Assembly: GCA_963675745.2 (NCBI GenBank) | Contig: CAXXWX010000019.1 | Span: 416,001 to 480,000, forward strand | Origin: Phycisphaerae bacterium | Lineage (GTDB): Bacteria > Planctomycetota > Phycisphaerae > UBA1845 > Fen-1342 | Direction: 5' to 3' | DNA length: 64,000 nucleotides | Shown here: positions 59,560-64,000 of the stretch, in pieces | Numbering within the stretch: the stretch's first letter is position 1 | How the letters are laid out: every line of letters starts with the position of its first letter | Made by a program: the position numbers and the translations under genes | The notes under the pieces: generated by a model | Told to the model about the DNA's origin: nothing | Databases searched by the model: none | Seen by the model: only the letters and a program-made list of their open reading frames with translations

Positions 59560-61125
59560 CTACAGCCTCACGTTGGGCATCGGCAAATCCACGTCACGAG
59601 CGCACGTGAGCGGTCCGACGGCGCTTTCCACCGCGGTGAGCAGCTCGTTGCTCTCGATGAGCTGCCGGATGGCCTCGATGTCGGGATAAAGCACCCGATC
59701 GTCCTCCAGGTGCGGCACGCGCTCGCGAATAAGGTCATACGCGATCGCCGTACCTTTGCCCGGCCGTTTTCCGTGGTGAAAGTCGATGGCCTGGGCCGCC
59801 GCCATCATCTCAACGGCCAGCACGGCACGCACGTTGCGCAGTATCTCGCCGCACTTGCGCACCGCGATCGGCCCCATGCTCACATGGTCCTCCTGGTCGG
59901 CCGAGACGCTGATCGAGTCAACGCTCGCCGGGTGCGAGAGCACCTTGTTTTCGGATACCAGCGCGGCGGCGGTGTACTGCGCCACCATCAGTCCCGAATT
60001 GAGCCCCTTGCCCTCGACCAGAAAGTCGGGCAGACCGGAGAGGGTGGGATTCAGCAGACGATTGGTGTGGCGTTCTGACAGGTTGGCCGTCTCGCTCATG
60101 GCGATGCACAGGTAATCGACCGCCAGGCCGACGCCCTGGCCGTGGAAATTCCCGGCGGCGAAGTACTCTCCGTCATCACCCGCGAAGAACAGAGGGTTGT
60201 CGGCGCTGGAGTTGGCTTCGATTGTGACGATCCGCCGCACGTATTCGAGCGTGTCCAATGACGGGCCGAGCACCTGGGGCGTGCAGCGCATGCTGTAACC
60301 GTCCTGCACCTTGCCGGTCTTGTCCTTCATGATCTCGCTGTCGGCGAACAGGCGCAGGAGGTTTGCCGCCACCGCGCTTTGTCCGGGATGCGGGCGGACG
60401 GCGTGTACCCGCGGGTCAAAGGCCTTCTCTACGGCACGCAGGGCATCAAGCGTCATCGCGGCGGCGATCATGGCGTTCTTGATCACGCGCTCGGCATCAT
60501 ACGCCAGCAGGGCCGCCCCGCCGGTCATCATCTGCGACCCGTTGATCAAGCCCAGGCCTTCTTTGTAGGTCAGATCGGTGGGCTTGACGCCGGCTTTCTT
60601 CATCGCCTCCGCGCCGGACATGAGCTCCCCCTTGTAAAACGCGCGGCCTTCGCCCAGGGCCACTTCGGCGAACTGCGACAACGGCGATAGGTCGCCGCTC
60701 ACGCCCAGCGAACCCTTCTCCTGAATAAACGGCACAACGCCCTTGTTGACCATGTCCACCACGGTATCGATCAAGCTCAGACGCACGCCGGAATAGCCCT
60801 TGGCGAGCGTGTTGGCGCGCAGCGTCATGGCGGCGCGCACGGAATCCTCCGGGAATGGCTCGCCGGTGCCGGCCGAGTGGCTGTAGATAATCCGCCGGCT
60901 CAATTCGGCGGATTGCTCCGGACTGATGCGGATGCGCGCAAACTCCCCAATGCCCGTCGTGACGCCATAGACGGCGATGTCACGTCTGACGCAATCTTCG
61001 AGAAAATCACGCGATTGCTGCGCGGCGTGGCGGGCCGCATCACTAACACAGATCGTGGCCCCGTTACGGGCCACATCGACAATCTGTTCGATCGAGAGGG
61101 AATTACCGTCGAGCGTTACTACCAT
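59560..61125 (-). CDS. hutH: Aromatic amino acid ammonia-lyase (histidine ammonia-lyase-like)
   Basis: VYGVTTG, YSHSAG, GSLGVSGDL, KEGLGLING, QDGYSMRC.PQV, GNFHG and QEDHVSMG motifs; substrate not certain. Confidence 0.8.
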   Translation of the reverse strand: MVVTLDGNSLSIEQIVDVARNGATICVSDAARHAAQQSRDFLEDCVRRDIAVYGVTTGIGEFARIRISPEQSAELSRRIIYSHSAGTGEPFPEDSVRAAMTLRANTLAKGYSGVRLSLIDTVVDMVNKGVVPFIQEKGSLGVSGDLSPLSQFAEVALGEGRAFYKGELMSGAEAMKKAGVKPTDLTYKEGLGLINGSQMMTGGAALLAYDAERVIKNAMIAAAMTLDALRAVEKAFDPRVHAVRPHPGQSAVAANLLRLFADSEIMKDKTGKVQDGYSMRCTPQVLGPSLDTLEYVRRIVTIEANSSADNPLFFAGDDGEYFAAGNFHGQGVGLAVDYLCIAMSETANLSERHTNRLLNPTLSGLPDFLVEGKGLNSGLMVAQYTAAALVSENKVLSHPASVDSISVSADQEDHVSMGPIAVRKCGEILRNVRAVLAVEMMAAAQAIDFHHGKRPGKGTAIAYDLIRERVPHLEDDRVLYPDIEAIRQLIESNELLTAVESAVGPLTCARDVDLPMPNVRL

Positions 61126-61419
61126 TGAGCGTCCTTTCCCGGTTGAAATGGGGGCAACCAATGCTGGCAACACCCGCGGCCGCGCCGTTAGTCGCGTCGT
61201 GCCCCGCGGGTCGGAAGCGAGAAGTATAGCCGTATTCGCCCGGTTCTCGTAGGTGCCGCACCTCGAGACGCACGCTACCATTTGTCACCGTGGGCGGCGG
61301 CGTCTTCTCACCCCGTCACGTAGCGTTCGTCATACGTGGGGCCTTCTGTGCCCACAATCGACGCGCGATGGAGCCGTGACTAGAATGGCCAACGACCGCT
61401 CGCATAGGGAGGTGCAACC

Positions 61420-62151
61420 ATGTTGCGACCGCGTGGTATCCGAGTGTTCAACGGTCTCTGGCTACTTTGCGCGCTCGTCGTGTTGAGCGGATGTGCTACT
61501 CCGTACAGAACGCCTGGGGGCGGCGCCGACTTCGCCATCTTCGCCGACGATGACATCAAGGCGATCCTTGATCGCAAGCCCGCTTCACCTTTTCCCGTCC
61601 ATCTCGCGGTCGCCCGTGTGCAAGCACCCCATTATCGGTCCTATACGGCCCAAGGATACGGTCGCGGTCGCTTCAGCGTCGTGACGGTGCGTGACGTCGA
61701 GACGGAAGAGGACTTTGATCGCATTGCCGAGCTTCCCGAAATCACGCAGGTCGTCCCGCTCAACAGATTGCTGCTCAGCGATGAATTGGAGTCGGATCGG
61801 CAACTCAGGCAGGCTGCGGCGTCGCTGCACGCCGACATGCTCATGCTGTACACCTTTGACACGGATTTCTTCGTCGGTGACGCCCTGCGCCCGCTATCAG
61901 TCATTTCGCTGGGTCTCTCTCCAAACATGTATGTGCGCGTGACGACGACCGCATCCGCAATCCTCATTGATGTCCGCACCGGCTATGTCTACGGGGCCTG
62001 TGAGACCACGACTCGCAAGGAGCAACTGGCGAGCGCGTGGACAAGCAATGATGCGGTGGATCACTCGAGACTCAAGACCGAGCGCCAGGCGTTTGAGAAC
62101 CTCTTGGGGGAGTTTGAGAGGCTGTGGAAAGCCATAGCCGCTGATCAGTGA
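61420..62151 (+). CDS. Hypothetical lipoprotein
   Basis: GGAGGT RBS, LSGC lipobox, LRQAAASLHADMLMLY and IDVRTGYVY segments. Confidence 0.75.
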   Translation: MLRPRGIRVFNGLWLLCALVVLSGCATPYRTPGGGADFAIFADDDIKAILDRKPASPFPVHLAVARVQAPHYRSYTAQGYGRGRFSVVTVRDVETEEDFDRIAELPEITQVVPLNRLLLSDELESDRQLRQAAASLHADMLMLYTFDTDFFVGDALRPLSVISLGLSPNMYVRVTTTASAILIDVRTGYVYGACETTTRKEQLASAWTSNDAVDHSRLKTERQAFENLLGEFERLWKAIAADQ

Positions 62152-62199
62152 ACCTGGGCAACGACGGTATCGGTGGAGACAACCTGTCATGCTGAAGAA

Positions 62200-62274
62200 C
62201 ATGCCGACGCGAACAGCCGTCGGCATGGCACCAGGCATGGCACCAGGCTGAAAGCTGATTGCTGACCGCTGACG
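62200..62274. repeat. Palindrome plus 12-nt duplication plus GCTGANN heptamer repeats
   Basis: CATGCCGACG...CGTCGGCATG, GGCATGGCACCA twice, gctgaaa gctgatt gctgacc gctgacg. Confidence 0.65.
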
Positions 62275-62293
62275 GCTTGCACACGCCGCGCAG

Positions 62294-62328
62294 AAAAGCG
62301 GGCGGCCGGATATGCTCCGGCCGCCCGT
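62294..62328 (-). terminator. Terminator after tRNA-Leu
   Basis: Minus strand ACGGGCGGCCGGA-gcata-TCCGGCCGCCCGC followed by TTTT. Confidence 0.75.
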
Positions 62329-62341
62329 TGGCGTTTTCGCA

Positions 62342-62426
62342 TGCGGATGAGAGGATTCGAACCTCCACGAGCGTAATGCCCACTGGCACCTGAAGCCAGC
62401 GCGTCTGCCAATTCCGCCACATCCGC
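62342..62426 (-). tRNA. tRNA-Leu(CAG)
   Basis: GCGGATG/CATCCGC acceptor stem, CTGGC-TTCAGGT-GCCAG anticodon arm, long variable arm, GGTTCGAATCC. Confidence 0.95.
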
Positions 62427-62537
62427 GAAGGCAATTCGGGTCGGCCGCATTGCATCCGAACCGATGACCCCTCAATATACGAGCATATCGGCCTAAGCGT
62501 CAAGGTCGACCTTGGAGGCGCTGATAGAATGTCAAGA

Positions 62538-63734
62538 ATGAACGCATCGGAACCGCTTTTTCGCCGTCGCCGACAGGGTGGTCGCCGCGTCGTGGTGACC
62601 GGCCAGGTGGGGGTCGAAAAGAAGCCCTTTCTCGAACGCGTCCGCGAGCTGGCCGAGCGGCATGGCCAGAGTGCACGCGTCTTTCACATCGGCGACATGA
62701 TGTACGCCGACGCGCCGGACGTGCGCGCGGGGCAGATCCTCGATCTGCCGCTGGCCCGGCTGCACTCCATCCGCCGCTCGGTGTTCAAGGAAGTGCTGGC
62801 CGAGGTCGATCAGCACGAGTTCGCCATCGTCAACACGCATGCGGCCTTCCGCTGGAAACACGGGCTGTTCCCGGCGTTTGACCACGATCACATGCAGGCC
62901 CTCGACGCCGATCTGTACATCACGCTCGTCGACAACGTCGATGCGGTACACGAGCGTCTGATGCGCGAGCATGACGTGGCCCACTCGCTAAAGGACATCA
63001 TGGTCTGGCGTGAAGAGGAGATCCTGGCGACCGAGATCCTGGCCCACGCGATTCGCGGGCACGGCTGTTTTTACGTGTTCGCGCGGGGACTGGACGACAG
63101 CGCCGCCCAGGCGTTGCACCGGTTGATCTACAAGCCGGACACCAAGCGTGTATACCCGTCTTTTCCCATGACGCACGTAATGGACCTGCCCGACACGCTG
63201 GCGGAGATCGACGCCTTTCGCGCGGCTCTCAGCGAGCACTTCATCACATTCGACCCGGGTGACCTGGATGAGAAACGCCTGCTGTTCGAGGCCGCCGCCG
63301 CCGAAAAGCGGGGCGAATCGACCTTCACGCTCAAAGTACACGATACTGACGTGGTGTTCAACGTGGCGGAAGTGGTCAGCGTGACGCGCGACATTGACGC
63401 CCAGATATACGCGCGCGACTTCAAGCTCATCGACCAGTCCGACATGATAGTGAGCTTTGTGCCCGAACTGCCCAACGGCAAACCCGGCCTGTCCTCCGGC
63501 GTCGAACGCGAGTTGCAGCACGCGTATGAGGGTACGAAAGAGGTGTATGTCGTCTGGCAACCCGCCGCCGAACCTTCGCCGTTCATCACCGAAACCGCCA
63601 CGCGTGTCTTCAAGACCATCGAAGACACGCTGAACTTCTTCCAGCAGAAGGGTTATATCGATCAGCTTCAGAAGCCGCTGTTCAAAACCAAGCCCGTAGG
63701 TGACGAGCCGCGCGAACGCGGCCGATTCGGATAG
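62538..63734 (+). CDS. NMP-kinase-like (archaeal AdkA-like) domain fused to nucleoside deoxyribosyltransferase-like domain
   Basis: RVVVTGQVGVEKK, IVNTHA, WREEE, then RDFKLIDQSDMIV...SSGVERELQHA...KEVYVV; start 62529 or 62538. Confidence 0.65.
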   Translation: MNASEPLFRRRRQGGRRVVVTGQVGVEKKPFLERVRELAERHGQSARVFHIGDMMYADAPDVRAGQILDLPLARLHSIRRSVFKEVLAEVDQHEFAIVNTHAAFRWKHGLFPAFDHDHMQALDADLYITLVDNVDAVHERLMREHDVAHSLKDIMVWREEEILATEILAHAIRGHGCFYVFARGLDDSAAQALHRLIYKPDTKRVYPSFPMTHVMDLPDTLAEIDAFRAALSEHFITFDPGDLDEKRLLFEAAAAEKRGESTFTLKVHDTDVVFNVAEVVSVTRDIDAQIYARDFKLIDQSDMIVSFVPELPNGKPGLSSGVERELQHAYEGTKEVYVVWQPAAEPSPFITETATRVFKTIEDTLNFFQQKGYIDQLQKPLFKTKPVGDEPRERGRFG

Positions 63735-63766
63735 CCGCACCCGGAGATCGGGAAGGGGTGTTGCCA

Positions 63767-64000
63767 ATGTCAGGATATTGCTGCCGGGATGCCCGCGTTC
63801 TGCCGAAATCCGCGGCGCGGCGGGGGACAACCATCGTTGAGCTGATCGCCGTTGCCGCCTGCACGGGGCTGTTGATCCTGTTGTTCGGTGCGGCGCTTCA
63901 GACATCGCGGGAAGATGACAAGGCCGCGACCTGCCTGGCGAATCTGCACTCAGTTGCCGTGGCCGCGATGATCTACGGCAACGACTACAACGAGTCTGTC
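63767..64000 (+). CDS. Prepilin-type N-terminal cleavage domain protein (DUF1559-like), partial
   Basis: Manual translation RRGTTIVELIAV...TSREDDKAATCLANLHSVAVAAMIYGNDYN; runs off the window. Confidence 0.75.
   Translation, partial: MSGYCCRDARVLPKSAARRGTTIVELIAVAACTGLLILLFGAALQTSREDDKAATCLANLHSVAVAAMIYGNDYNESV

Noticed and set aside
62342..62426. tRNA-Leu or tRNA-Gln as an island integration site
   Set aside because: No integrase, and I noticed no duplicated tRNA 3' end in the window (visual check only).

Overview
GC-rich bacterial chromosome segment, most likely Planctomycetota class Phycisphaerae. The lineage is inferred from a CxxCGYDLRG...CPECG zinc ribbon, GDLNCDG-type dockerin/EF-hand modules, a DUF1559-like prepilin and a MoxR/vWA/prenyltransferase-repeat operon. 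In order, the window holds: a surface-glycosylation gene set, peptide and amino-acid metabolism genes (S9 peptidase, pepD, ilvE, racemase), the conserved tRNA-Gln-glmU-prs-rplY-pth-rpsF-ssb-rpsR-rplI-dnaB block, a pseudo-receiver plus diguanylate cyclase pair, two ECF sigma factors, a pair of elongated SPFH proteins, a peptidase-S74 fibre with a dockerin-like partner, mtnA, a PQQ-repeat/prenyltransferase-repeat/MoxR/DUF58/BatA-vWA operon, a Yip1-MFP-ABC (YknWXYZ-like) exporter, an aromatic amino acid lyase with an unusual Val-Ser-Gly MIO motif, tRNA-Leu and a kinase/deoxyribosyltransferase-like fusion. The most notable signal is largely missed by the ORF track: six tandem co-oriented small genes at 36130-37967. 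Each has an SD-like RBS, a basic/hydrophobic leader and a G/S-Cys lipobox-like junction followed by a short mature peptide. They sit directly upstream of the MoxR/vWA operon. Two +1 G insertions in G runs (about 37638 and about 39148) appear to frameshift genes in this region. I saw no CRISPR array, transposase or prophage. All assignments come from motif recognition by eye; no database searches were run.
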